64,000 nucleotides of DNA, taken from positions 8,097-72,096 of IMG/VR virus record IMGVR_UViG_3300031753_000004; one strand, given 5' to 3'. A program made the position numbers and the translations under genes. The number at the start of each line of letters is the position of its first letter. Position 1 is the first letter of the stretch. The notes beneath the pieces are model-generated. The model worked only from the letters and a program-made list of their open reading frames with translations. It did no database searches and was not told where the DNA came from. This document shows positions 9,920 to 18,907 of the stretch, piece after piece. The stretch is from a virus.

Positions 9920-10138
9920 CTAGTCTTCTCGTAGGTCAAGCATAGTGCGAGTGCTTTTCTTAACCCTCAAGTCGTCTGGTCGCTCCTGATTATGCTTCCG
10001 TCTTAATGCTTCCAACTCATTCCTATCTTCCTCTCGCATAGCACTCTCCATGCGGGTGAAATCATGAAGAAATACCAGGAGCCAAGTACTGATAGACCCT
10101 GCTATGAACCACACTAGATCCTTGAGTATCGGGTCCAT
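9920..10138 (-). CDS. Small membrane protein
   Basis: Probable start MDPILKDLVWFIAGSISTWLLVF at 10138. Confidence 0.4.
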   Translation of the reverse strand: MDPILKDLVWFIAGSISTWLLVFLHDFTRMESAMREEDRNELEALRRKHNQERPDDLRVKKSTRTMLDLRED

Positions 10139-10140
10139 CT

Positions 10141-10587
10141 CTACTGTCCCTGCGGCGGCATGCGCGTGGGGTTGGTGGTCACGCTCCAGTTGCAGTAGCC
10201 AACCTTGCCGCCCACGGTGGTTACTATCACCTGGAATAGATACGTGCGCCCTCCCCGTATCGTGATCCCCGCCGGTACGTCCCAACGGAAGTTGAACCCC
10301 GTCCTGTCGCCCCCATAGGCCGGATCGTTCGTGCTGGTCTGGAGCGTATCGAACATCGTGGCAGCCGGGGTGAGAACCGGAGCCGGCACATCTACCAGTT
10401 GGTTCGGGATGTCGTTCGTGCTGGCAATGCTCAACACCATCGTCGCCACATCCGCCTTCTTAAGTGCATACCCCTCGCCCGGATTGCCTGCTGTGCCTGT
10501 GCCGTCTCGGGAGGTGATGCGCCCGTAGAGGGTACAGCTTCCCCCTTGGTCGCAGCTACCAGACACGACAAAGCTCTTGCTCGCCAT
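10141..10587 (-). CDS. Putative virion protein (Ig-like beta sandwich)
   Basis: 148 aa, beta-rich, GFNFRWDVP. Confidence 0.45.
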   Translation of the reverse strand: MASKSFVVSGSCDQGGSCTLYGRITSRDGTGTAGNPGEGYALKKADVATMVLSIASTNDIPNQLVDVPAPVLTPAATMFDTLQTSTNDPAYGGDRTGFNFRWDVPAGITIRGGRTYLFQVIVTTVGGKVGYCNWSVTTNPTRMPPQGQ

Positions 10588-10590
10588 CCA

Positions 10591-10956
10591 CTACCCCAAG
10601 ACGTTGCCCTGCTGTATCCCTGGAGAGAATACCCACCCCCGTGACAGACCCGGCTCGTACACCCAGCCCGACCGCAGCCCAGGCGAGAAGATGGTTCCGG
10701 AGTAGAGCCCCGGAGCGTAGGCGTAGCCCGTCTGCAATCCGGGCTCATAAACCGATCCCTGTATCAGCCCCGGAGCGTACACAGAACCGTCCTGTATGCC
10801 CGGTGAGAAGATGTCCCCATCCTTAAGCCCTGGAAAGTGGACGTACCCGCCGAACAGCCTCGGCACGCTGGGCTGGACTACCGACAGGCCGTCCGGCGTC
10901 ACCCACACGTCGGTGATTACTAAGTCCTGCCCAGAAGACGCCCAGTTGACGATCAT
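10591..10956 (-). CDS. Decapeptide-repeat virion protein
   Basis: Eight tandem [FYH]xPG[LI]xxGxx repeats. Confidence 0.55.
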   Translation of the reverse strand: MIVNWASSGQDLVITDVWVTPDGLSVVQPSVPRLFGGYVHFPGLKDGDIFSPGIQDGSVYAPGLIQGSVYEPGLQTGYAYAPGLYSGTIFSPGLRSGWVYEPGLSRGWVFSPGIQQGNVLG

Positions 10957-10959
10957 GAT

Positions 10960-11331
10960 TTAGTAGTCCGGTCCAAGCCCACGGGCTCTGATCTCAAGCT
11001 CAGTAAACGGCTCTAGATCCAACTGTTTGCCTATCAGTTCGTGACTCGTCCCTCCGTGGTACATGATCTTGCCTTTCGTTACCGTGAAATGGCAGCAGCT
11101 TCTCTTGGCCTGCGGGCTGTACCCCTTCATGCTTGGATCATTGCATGTCTCATTAATCGACGGCCTGAACGTGGGGCTCTCTACGTTTCCGTCGAATGTC
11201 CAGTTGTGTTGTGGCAACTGGTTCTTAGTCGGGATAATGTGCTCTCGGCCACAACCCTTGCACTTAACCAACCAGCCGGCCTTGCATTCCACAGTTAGTA
11301 TGCTCACGACTGTGTCACCATCGTTATCCAC
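10960..11331 (-). CDS. DUF6527-like zinc-binding protein
   Basis: CKGCGREH, WTFDGNVESPTFRPSI, CHFTVTKGKIMY, SHELIG. Confidence 0.6.
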   Translation of the reverse strand: MDNDGDTVVSILTVECKAGWLVKCKGCGREHIIPTKNQLPQHNWTFDGNVESPTFRPSINETCNDPSMKGYSPQAKRSCCHFTVTKGKIMYHGGTSHELIGKQLDLEPFTELEIRARGLGPDY

Positions 11332-13133
11332 TTGTCGGCGGCTCCCGAGGCGGTGAAGTGAAAAGTCACCACTCCGGCGTTCAGGTCGTTGGCTGTGAGG
11401 TTTATAACGTAGGTTCCTCCGCCTACTTCCGTCGGGGCATTGTCGGCAGCGGCATACGCCCCTCCGTCCTTTGACCTAGTTACTGTTATCGCAAGCAGCG
11501 GTATGCCGACCCCGCGAGCGTCCACCATCACGAACTCGAAGTTAGGCAGTGCCACATTCTTCTGAGGATGTACCCCCTTCACCGTCACATAGCCGTTGGC
11601 ATCCAGCAGGGGCTCATCGGCCGACTCTATGGAGTACCTAGAGGTGCTGTCCACGGCTATAACCCACGGGCGGTCTACCGTGGCTACCTTGGTGGCGTTG
11701 ACGTAGCCTATGATGTTTCTCGCTTGACCGATTCCTGCTCCCTGCCATATCCGTATGCGAGTGAACCGGTAGTAGCTGTCCGGCCCGCTCTCGCTGGCAG
11801 CTAGGGTGATGGTGCTGGTCCCACCCGCCTGCGCCAGCCCGTTGTGCATGGACTGTGAGTCGAGGGCGCTTATCTTCGGGTATCCACCTACGTCCGGGGT
11901 GGCGATGCCAGCCCCGAGCCACGCTACCGTATCGACCTGAACTGGTCGGATGAGGAACACCGAGGTATTGTCCGGAGCCGTTGGCCATGCTGGGTAGATG
12001 GTGGCGATCTTCGTGCTGCCAACGTAGCCGACGCACACCCCTGCCTCTGGAGCTCCAGTTCCGGAGATGATCTGTATGCTGTAGTTGACGTAGAAGTTGT
12101 CTGAGGCCGATGCCCCCGCATCCAGCTTTATCGTCGTGGTACTGTTGCCCGTAGCCTGCGCCGTGTTCACCCGCATGATCTCACGGGTATCCACGACCGG
12201 GACTCCGGCCGTGTTGGTAGCTGCCACGTTCGTACCAGCCCATTGCGTGACGTTTGCAGTGACTACTCCTGCTAGAGAGGCGATGATGCTGTCCGTCTCT
12301 CCTTCGACCTCTGCTATGTCACCGGCTATGGTTGTTACCGGAGCGCCCAAGGTGGTGATTATGGTTCCTGCCCGAATGTAGGCATCCCCGGTCTGAACTG
12401 TGTTACCGTCCAAGTTCTTGATCGTCGTCCCGGTCAAGTCAACAGTAGTAGTAGGGGCATTGATGTGTGCCCAATCTACGCCGACGTACCCCGCTGCTCC
12501 AGCAGAGGCCGTGCCGAGTATCTTGCCGAGGTCTATTCGACCGCTGGCATCAACCGATAAGGCGGCCGTGGCATTGCCCACAAATGCCCCCACGGTCACT
12601 CCGGCTCCGCAGGTCACGGTCTGGGTCTTGATCGTATTCACATCCACCTGCTGGGTAGTTGCGATCGTGGTTCCGGTCAGCCCCACCGTGGTGGTGGGAG
12701 CGTTCACATGGCTCCAGTCTATCCCAACGTATCCTGCTACCCCTGCCGATAGAGTGCCGAGAGTGTACTTCAGGTCTACCAGCGGGATGCCATTGACGTT
12801 GGGAGCCACGACCGCATGAGCGTTCCACTGCTCTACATCGGCATTTGTCTCGTTGAACCAGTGCCTAGGGATGATGGAGATGCCAGCCGTCGAACTCTTG
12901 CCGTGGAGGGTCACGCATGAGTAGTTGTTCTCTCCAGCAGCGAACGTGGCCTTATACAGCCCCTTGCAGTTGGTACTGTCTATCTCGGTCACATTTGGGG
13001 CAGCCGGGGTGAACTCCGTACCGTCTCCGACCCCTCGGATAGTGTGGTTGGCACCGTCTCCGGTCTTGCCAACATTATTCACGGCGTCCCAGGCCAAGTA
13101 GCACACAGTTACCGCCGTATTCTTGTAGGGCAC
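11304..13133 (-). CDS. Tail fibre-like repeat protein
   Basis: Thr/Ala/Gly-rich 609 aa; duplicated AGYVG[IV]DWxH[VI]NAPTTTVxLTGTTI and duplicated AQA..STT?I.L...G[YV]V..TK[IV]AT modules. Confidence 0.6.
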   Translation of the reverse strand: MPYKNTAVTVCYLAWDAVNNVGKTGDGANHTIRGVGDGTEFTPAAPNVTEIDSTNCKGLYKATFAAGENNYSCVTLHGKSSTAGISIIPRHWFNETNADVEQWNAHAVVAPNVNGIPLVDLKYTLGTLSAGVAGYVGIDWSHVNAPTTTVGLTGTTIATTQQVDVNTIKTQTVTCGAGVTVGAFVGNATAALSVDASGRIDLGKILGTASAGAAGYVGVDWAHINAPTTTVDLTGTTIKNLDGNTVQTGDAYIRAGTIITTLGAPVTTIAGDIAEVEGETDSIIASLAGVVTANVTQWAGTNVAATNTAGVPVVDTREIMRVNTAQATGNSTTTIKLDAGASASDNFYVNYSIQIISGTGAPEAGVCVGYVGSTKIATIYPAWPTAPDNTSVFLIRPVQVDTVAWLGAGIATPDVGGYPKISALDSQSMHNGLAQAGGTSTITLAASESGPDSYYRFTRIRIWQGAGIGQARNIIGYVNATKVATVDRPWVIAVDSTSRYSIESADEPLLDANGYVTVKGVHPQKNVALPNFEFVMVDARGVGIPLLAITVTRSKDGGAYAAADNAPTEVGGGTYVINLTANDLNAGVVTFHFTASGAADKWITMVTQS

Positions 13134-13134
13134 A

Positions 13135-14115
13135 TCACCACTCGTTGTCGGCGCATAGCTGGTAGATCGGCACGATGACTCCGCTGGAAACCGGGTTGTA
13201 GAGGATAACGATCAAACCTGATACTCCTACACCACCATTCAGGCTTCCGTTGCCTCCGCCACCACCACCGGCTCCGTAACTGCCTCCAGCCCCACCCGCA
13301 CTAACGGCGTTTGCTCCACCACCACCACCACCACCAGAGCCAAGTATCGTTCCGGAGGCAACAGCTCCAGTTGGCGCAGAGGTAGTAGTTAATTCAGTTC
13401 CGCTGCCACCACCAGCTCCAACTCCACCACCAGTTCCTCCAATCGCGTTGTCTCCAGTCCCGCCAGTCTGGGACAACGTGCTGCTCGCTCCTGCACCGCT
13501 AGGTCCGGCTGCCCCACCACCACCACCGCCACCACCAGCACCCGGCCCGTTACTTCCAGTGCCACCGTTGAAAGCGTTCGCGCTTGGCGTGCAGCTTGCG
13601 GCAGCTCCTCCAGCTCCGCCAGCACCACCGGCAGCACCAGTTGCACCAGCAACGCCAGCCTTGGCAACCACTATGTTGGTAGAACTCGTGTTTGTTATCT
13701 TGGTGTCCGTGGCAATTCCAAACCCAATCGTGACCGTTCCTCCAGCTGCGCCCAAAGTAGCATTGGTGAGTTTGGCAAACGCCCCTCCACCTCCACCTCC
13801 TCCAGGGCTGCCCGTACCAGATTGTCCTTTACCTCCTCCAGCACCGCCTCCAACAGCCTCAACAATGTTGTCGGCATTGTTCCAGTCACTTGGCAAGACG
13901 AAGCTGGTCCCAGTGATGATGGCGAATATATTGGAAAAGGCGTGGTGCCTCGGCACCGAGAGGATGATGCGTATGACCTCATCGTCACTGAACTGTCTCA
14001 GGTAGTCCAGCTTCTTGAGGTCACGAGCCCCAAGCTGCCGTCTCTGGAAGCGCAGTTCCTTCGGGTCTCGGAGTTGCCTCAGATACTCCAGTTTCTTCCG
14101 CTCGTAGCAGTGCAA
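13135..14115 (-). CDS. Glycine-rich virion/tail fibre protein
   Basis: VEAVGGGAGG, GGGGGGAF, GGSYGAGGGG, SGLIVILY pattern of phage Gly-rich domains. Confidence 0.65.
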   Translation of the reverse strand: MHCYERKKLEYLRQLRDPKELRFQRRQLGARDLKKLDYLRQFSDDEVIRIILSVPRHHAFSNIFAIITGTSFVLPSDWNNADNIVEAVGGGAGGGKGQSGTGSPGGGGGGGAFAKLTNATLGAAGGTVTIGFGIATDTKITNTSSTNIVVAKAGVAGATGAAGGAGGAGGAAASCTPSANAFNGGTGSNGPGAGGGGGGGGAAGPSGAGASSTLSQTGGTGDNAIGGTGGGVGAGGGSGTELTTTSAPTGAVASGTILGSGGGGGGGANAVSAGGAGGSYGAGGGGGGNGSLNGGVGVSGLIVILYNPVSSGVIVPIYQLCADNEW

Positions 14116-14118
14116 GTC

Positions 14119-14520
14119 TCACTCCAGCCTGGTGAACGCGCTGGCGCGTAAATTTCCGAACTCGATTGGCGTTCGCTGCTGGCTTTCTCGTTGAAGCCGT
14201 AAACCGCACAACAGCAATGCCTGCCCTAGAGTCTTCCCCGCCCTTAGCGCCGTGGTTAGGATCTTGCTGAAGGTGCCATCATTCGACATCTCCCGCATAG
14301 GCTTCTCTAAGAACTTGCTGCTGCCGTGCGGACCCCAGTAGACCCCGAGTCCACTCTTTCTCGGCATCCCCTCCCACTTCATCTCCATGTTCTCGTGGAC
14401 GAAGATGGCGTACGCAGCGGTGAAGCCAACGGTCACGCTCACATCACTGTCCTTGCGAGCCTGCGCCGCCTTTGCTCGCAGCTTGCTGACCAGACTTTGC
14501 AGTCTCTGGATCTCGGCCAT
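14119..14520 (-). CDS. HK97 gp10-like tail completion protein
   Basis: VGFTAAYAIFVHE, KFLEKP, TPIEFGNLRASA. Confidence 0.7.
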   Translation of the reverse strand: MAEIQRLQSLVSKLRAKAAQARKDSDVSVTVGFTAAYAIFVHENMEMKWEGMPRKSGLGVYWGPHGSSKFLEKPMREMSNDGTFSKILTTALRAGKTLGQALLLCGLRLQRESQQRTPIEFGNLRASAFTRLE

Positions 14521-14939
14521 TACGTGTACGCCTGCGCCTTAGTTCCTCGATACCTCTTCAGTTGCACCGTCCGCCGTATGACGCGCATCTTCACGTCTGG
14601 GGTGTTGTAGTAACTCACCACCTCCATAAGCTCCGGCTCCTTGCTCAGAGTTGAGGAGCCTGTACCCAGCCAGTCCGAGAGCTTGCCGAGCCACATGAGG
14701 CTTCCTGAGAGTATCGTCAGTCCCACCACTACCTCGGCGTCGATGTTCACCACGTCTCCGTCTCTGGTCGTGATCTCCTTCTTGACGTATTTCCACCTGA
14801 CGGGTATCTGCTGGGGTGGTCCCACCTCCGGCTCCCCATAGGCGTTGGTAAGGACTATGCCCTCGGCTATGAGCACCGGGAGCAGTACCGCCGTCTGGCC
14901 TCCGGGGACGGATAGGTCATGGACTTCTGGGGCTGGCAT
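14520..14939 (-). CDS. Head closure protein (putative)
   Basis: TNAYGEP, IPVRW; synteny in head-tail block. Confidence 0.55.
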   Translation of the reverse strand: MPAPEVHDLSVPGGQTAVLLPVLIAEGIVLTNAYGEPEVGPPQQIPVRWKYVKKEITTRDGDVVNIDAEVVVGLTILSGSLMWLGKLSDWLGTGSSTLSKEPELMEVVSYYNTPDVKMRVIRRTVQLKRYRGTKAQAYT

Positions 14940-15485
14940 TCATTGAGTCTCTACGTCGTGGTCTTTCCACAGGTCGGCGTACACTTCCCCGTTCTTGATC
15001 CGATACAACGTCCTTACAGAAATCCCGACCTCCCTGGACACGCGAGTTACCGACTCGCCACCGGTTAATCGTCTCCTAAGTTCTCTGGCGGCCTCGTCGG
15101 AGATTGTTCTCACCAGCCTTGACCGTACTATACCGTCCCTTGCAAAATCTATAGTCATGTTGTCTCGGTGTGTGCCCCAAGAGATGTTGCTCAGCGAGCT
15201 ATCCCACCTACCGCCAGGACCATGCCTTGTTTCCATTCCCTTTGGACGCGGTCCAACGAATGCTTCTAGGACTAAGGTGTGGACATACTTCGTAATTTCT
15301 GGAAGTTTGCCCCTCCCAAGAGTCACAGCCGGATACCCGTTCTTTGCGCGAGGATGAAGAAGTCGTGGGAACGGCAACCATCCAACAGTTCGACGCCCTG
15401 GACGCCAACTTCGTACTCTCCCTATGTTAGACACGTCGTAGCCCTCGAATCCGACAACCGGCCTCCACTGCTCAGTCACTGACAT
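14940..15485 (-). CDS. Free-standing NUMOD4-HNH homing endonuclease with C-terminal HTH
   Basis: EQWRPVVGFEGYDVSNIGRVRS (NUMOD4), YVHTLVLEAFVGPRP, RH...SNISWGTHRDN. Confidence 0.85.
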   Translation of the reverse strand: MSVTEQWRPVVGFEGYDVSNIGRVRSWRPGRRTVGWLPFPRLLHPRAKNGYPAVTLGRGKLPEITKYVHTLVLEAFVGPRPKGMETRHGPGGRWDSSLSNISWGTHRDNMTIDFARDGIVRSRLVRTISDEAARELRRRLTGGESVTRVSREVGISVRTLYRIKNGEVYADLWKDHDVETQ

Positions 15486-15489
15486 GCCA

Positions 15490-15918
15490 CTAGCTCCTTT
15501 GGTCGTATGGCGTTTGTTGGCTAGGCGGGCGCCCTAACCAAATGCCCTGACATACCTTCCTCTTGTCGTCGGCAAACAGCGCTTGCAGGCATCCGCTGGT
15601 ATCTAGCCGCATCGCCTTCATGCCGTACTTGCTGCCCTCAAGGTACATATCCGTCTTGCCCTGAAACTGCGCCGACGCCCCCTGTGTGGTCTTGCTCTGG
15701 TACGCCTGATCGGTCATCACGTAGTCGTGCGCCGCTAGGTTCCGCTCGATCAACTCCAGCCGGCTGGCCAACATGGTGATGCCACGAACGTTCTGAGCCT
15801 GCGCTACCAAGTCGTCCACCGTGGCAGAGGCGCTATCGCAATGCTGTTGAAGATCGGTCACGCCGTCGTAGTCGCCGGCAAGGAGCGTCTGGACTTGCCC
15901 CGGAGTTGTGCGGCTCAT
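15490..15918 (-). CDS. Head-tail adaptor (putative)
   Basis: LELIERNLAAH, LEGSKYG, LDTSGCL. Confidence 0.65.
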   Translation of the reverse strand: MSRTTPGQVQTLLAGDYDGVTDLQQHCDSASATVDDLVAQAQNVRGITMLASRLELIERNLAAHDYVMTDQAYQSKTTQGASAQFQGKTDMYLEGSKYGMKAMRLDTSGCLQALFADDKRKVCQGIWLGRPPSQQTPYDQRS

Positions 15919-16037
15919 GGTCGTCCCTTTGGAAAGAAATGAGCGGGGTGGCGTCGGAGCAGCATGAGGGGGGATCTAAGCCCCAGTGCGGCCCTTCCGT
16001 CTGGACCAGCAACAGCCAGACCACCCCGCTCGTTTGT

Positions 16038-16295
16038 CTACGGCTTCTTCTTGGCCCCTCCCGCCGGAGGAGTCACCGGAGCGGCCGGCGTGTTGGCGGC
16101 AATGTCTGCCGCGAGAGCGGCCTGCGACGTTTGCAGCGCCGTTACAATCGCTGCTAGTTTTGTCGGGTTCGTCCCAGCGGCGGCGAGTTGAGCGGCCAAG
16201 TTGTTGATGAACTGGACGGCGGACCCTTCGACAGTGACATTTTGGGCCACCTGAGCGGACAGGGCGGCAAGGGGATCAGTCGGAGGTGCTGACAT
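16038..16295 (-). CDS. Small Ala-rich coiled-coil protein
   Basis: 85 aa, RBS AAGGAG. Confidence 0.55.
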   Translation of the reverse strand: MSAPPTDPLAALSAQVAQNVTVEGSAVQFINNLAAQLAAAGTNPTKLAAIVTALQTSQAALAADIAANTPAAPVTPPAGGAKKKP

Positions 16296-16307
16296 AGTTC
16301 GTGCTCC

Positions 16308-17177
16308 TTACTTGGGTTGGTTGGCTTTAACGGATGCTTCCAGGGCGTCACCAGACGCCCTGAGTTGGTTCGTGGCATCAACAAGCGCCTGCGGATCATT
16401 GTTTGGGTCGTTGATAGATGTCGCTATGGCGGCGATCGCCCTAGACTGCTGGTTGAGCAACCGGATGATGTAGTTGAGATTGCTGCTTACGGAGCCGAAG
16501 CCCGGGGAAATAGAAGCTCTCGCCTTTCGGTATGCTGTTAGCCTGGAATATGCCCCCGCCTGCGCCTCTTTGCCGCCACCCGGTTTTGCGTCGGCTCCCC
16601 AAACGTCGGTAGACGTGCCGATCGCCGTTTCGATCGAGGCATAACCAGTAGGGGCCAGCGTGAACGGTTTCGATAGTACCCCACGGAAATCGAAAGGCCC
16701 CGCCGTCTGTTCTTCCTCAAACCATTTAGGAAGAGCGAAATTAGCGACAGGAACGCCGTCGATCTCGTACCCAGTCCCCTCAAGCATGTCGCCGATTTCA
16801 TGCGGCCAGATGGCGCGTCCAGAGAGGTATGGGCCTTCGGCAAGGTCTGTTACGTAGGGGTTGATGAGCGATTCACCAACTTCGTGGCTGAGGACTTCCG
16901 GCCACGCAATGCCAGAGGTTTTCGCGAAAACGTAGCTAACCGTTGCACCCTGCGCGTCTCGGGTGTGATAGCCTTCCGCACCAGCCTGGTCTGAGTTGTC
17001 CAGTATGAAGACAATCTCGTATCCCGGCGTGACCTTTGTGTCCTTCCACAACTTTGCCGGAATGTTCCAGGTGGGCGCAATGTCCCGCGCCACCTGCGTC
17101 TGGACGGCATTGGCGGCAGCCTGGAAGTCCGTTTCGCTCACCACCGTCGATTGGTTGACTAGCAACACCTGTCGCAT
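16308..17177 (-). CDS. Putative zinc metallopeptidase (HExxE type)
   Basis: AGAEGYH, VLSHEVGESLINP, EIGD, VANFALPKWF. Confidence 0.6.
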   Translation of the reverse strand: MRQVLLVNQSTVVSETDFQAAANAVQTQVARDIAPTWNIPAKLWKDTKVTPGYEIVFILDNSDQAGAEGYHTRDAQGATVSYVFAKTSGIAWPEVLSHEVGESLINPYVTDLAEGPYLSGRAIWPHEIGDMLEGTGYEIDGVPVANFALPKWFEEEQTAGPFDFRGVLSKPFTLAPTGYASIETAIGTSTDVWGADAKPGGGKEAQAGAYSRLTAYRKARASISPGFGSVSSNLNYIIRLLNQQSRAIAAIATSINDPNNDPQALVDATNQLRASGDALEASVKANQPK

Positions 17178-17294
17178 CAGTCTCGTGCCTTCCAGGGGTT
17201 GTGCCTACCGTCATCAACCCAGACCCACGCTAGGAATCCAAGGATGATGACGGCGACAGCTACTATGATGGCTGCCTCAATGTGAGCACCGTTA

Positions 17295-17858
17295 TCATGG
17301 GCCGGTCGGTGCAGCGGCAGAGCCGGCCGGAGCCGCTGCACCGATCCCACCTACAAGGCTGCCGATCAATGGCAGTAGCAGGGGAATCGCCGCCGCCATT
17401 GCCGGGTTGCTGGCGAGTAGCGGAGCCAGAGCAGCAGGCAGGCCGCCGAGGAACGATTGCACCTGCGAGGTCGGCACGCTGGATAGTGCTTGCTTGATCG
17501 GGGCAAGGGCGCTTCCAGTGCCGCCGGATACGCCACCCGAGGAGACGAAGATCGGCCACAGCGGAAAGCCGCCCGCCCACTGCGGATCGATCAGTCCAGC
17601 CGGGTGGTTGCCGGCAATGACGAAACCGTAGTACTCTTTGAACGAAACCGAGGTCTCAAGGTTGATATCCTTGTAGGCCATTGTTGTCTTGTCGAATGGA
17701 GTACCGCCTGGCACGGGTCCAAGGCGTAGATTCTCGGCGCAGGCGAGAACCGCAGCAATCAACTGACCGAGCAGGTCAACGACGGTCGATTGGAAGTCGT
17801 TCCCGCTAGGCACTGCCACGGGCGGAGTAGCGGGAGGGGCTGATACGGGTGAAGACAT
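17295..17858 (-). CDS. Hypothetical protein with hydrophobic C-terminus
   Basis: 187-aa ORF coupled to neighbours. Confidence 0.45.
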   Translation of the reverse strand: MSSPVSAPPATPPVAVPSGNDFQSTVVDLLGQLIAAVLACAENLRLGPVPGGTPFDKTTMAYKDINLETSVSFKEYYGFVIAGNHPAGLIDPQWAGGFPLWPIFVSSGGVSGGTGSALAPIKQALSSVPTSQVQSFLGGLPAALAPLLASNPAMAAAIPLLLPLIGSLVGGIGAAAPAGSAAAPTGP

Positions 17859-18136
17859 TAGTTCGGTGCTCCTAGTTCGGGTTCTTGATTAGTAGCTGAC
17901 GCTTCGGTTTCCTCCTCTTCGTCTAGCGGAGGAAACCAGTTCTCAGGGTTCATTGCATAGAAGAATTTGGAGACTAGAACGCACGGCCAGAATGCGATCG
18001 TGAACACGGTTATGGCCGTCCATCCCCAGTTCCACTTCGTAAGGCTACTTCCCGGCCTACCGAGGTGGGATATCCACGAGCAGGCCATCAGGCCGGCGCA
18101 GAAGACGTATGCCAATACCCAACCCCACCAAGGCAT
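17858..18136 (-). CDS. Small two-TM membrane protein
   Basis: Two hydrophobic segments, acidic tail. Confidence 0.5.
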   Translation of the reverse strand: MPWWGWVLAYVFCAGLMACSWISHLGRPGSSLTKWNWGWTAITVFTIAFWPCVLVSKFFYAMNPENWFPPLDEEEETEASATNQEPELGAPN

Positions 18137-18139
18137 TAC

Positions 18140-18907
18140 TCACCTCACGTGATAGATCGCATTGGTCCAACTTGTCTTCCACTTTGAATAACTCATGTAC
18201 CCGACGGGCGCAGCGGTGGAACCGGCACTCGGCGGTGCTCCGCCAGCCGGTGGCATCATGCCGGGAGGCGCTCCCCCGGCCGGCGGAGAAGCCTGCGGCG
18301 GCGCCCCCACGGACGGCGGAGCAGATGGAGGCGCTCCCACCGCAGGCGGTACTACGATAGGCGGTGCTGGGTGGAGGATGATCGGCGACTGCGGCACCTG
18401 AAACACCGGGGGCGCTCCAATGGCCGGCGGTACGTACGGTGCCGGGGCGATGGGCGTCGGGACGTAGGGCGGTGCTCCCATCGATGGCGGTACGTAAGGA
18501 GGCGGTCCCACAGCAGGCGGAACGTAGGGAGGAGCACCAATAGCAGGAGGCACGTAAGGGGGAGCGCCAATAGCAGGCGGTACATAGGGCGGTGGTCCTT
18601 CAGCCGGAGGGTAGTACGGCGGAGCCCACGGCCCGGCGCCGGGTTGCCCTTGGATGTACGGGGCGACGTAGGGGGCAGGCGCTACTTGAGGAGCCGGCTG
18701 CTGGATGATAATTGGCTGCGGTGCGGGTGCAGGCGGTGGAGGTTGATACGGGGCAACCGGGGCAGGAGCCGGCTGTGTGCCCCCTGCCTCCAGCCTCTCC
18801 AGCCTCCGTTCCACGCTGTTGCGCCAGGGCAGGATGCAGACTCGGTGGTAAGTCGGTGGCGCTTGCGCCGGTTGGCACAGTGCCATCAGTAGGATCAGGC
18901 TGTTCAT
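18140..18907 (-). CDS. Secreted Pro-rich repeat protein
   Basis: Signal peptide MNSLILLMALCQP; repeated G[AP]PPYVPP units. Confidence 0.6.
   Translation of the reverse strand: MNSLILLMALCQPAQAPPTYHRVCILPWRNSVERRLERLEAGGTQPAPAPVAPYQPPPPAPAPQPIIIQQPAPQVAPAPYVAPYIQGQPGAGPWAPPYYPPAEGPPPYVPPAIGAPPYVPPAIGAPPYVPPAVGPPPYVPPSMGAPPYVPTPIAPAPYVPPAIGAPPVFQVPQSPIILHPAPPIVVPPAVGAPPSAPPSVGAPPQASPPAGGAPPGMMPPAGGAPPSAGSTAAPVGYMSYSKWKTSWTNAIYHVR

Noticed and set aside
17177-17298. Small TM peptide (IEAAIIVAVAVIILGFLAWVW) lacking an in-frame start
   Set aside because: The nearby ATG and GTG are in another frame; cannot distinguish a frameshifted remnant, a non-canonical start or chance.
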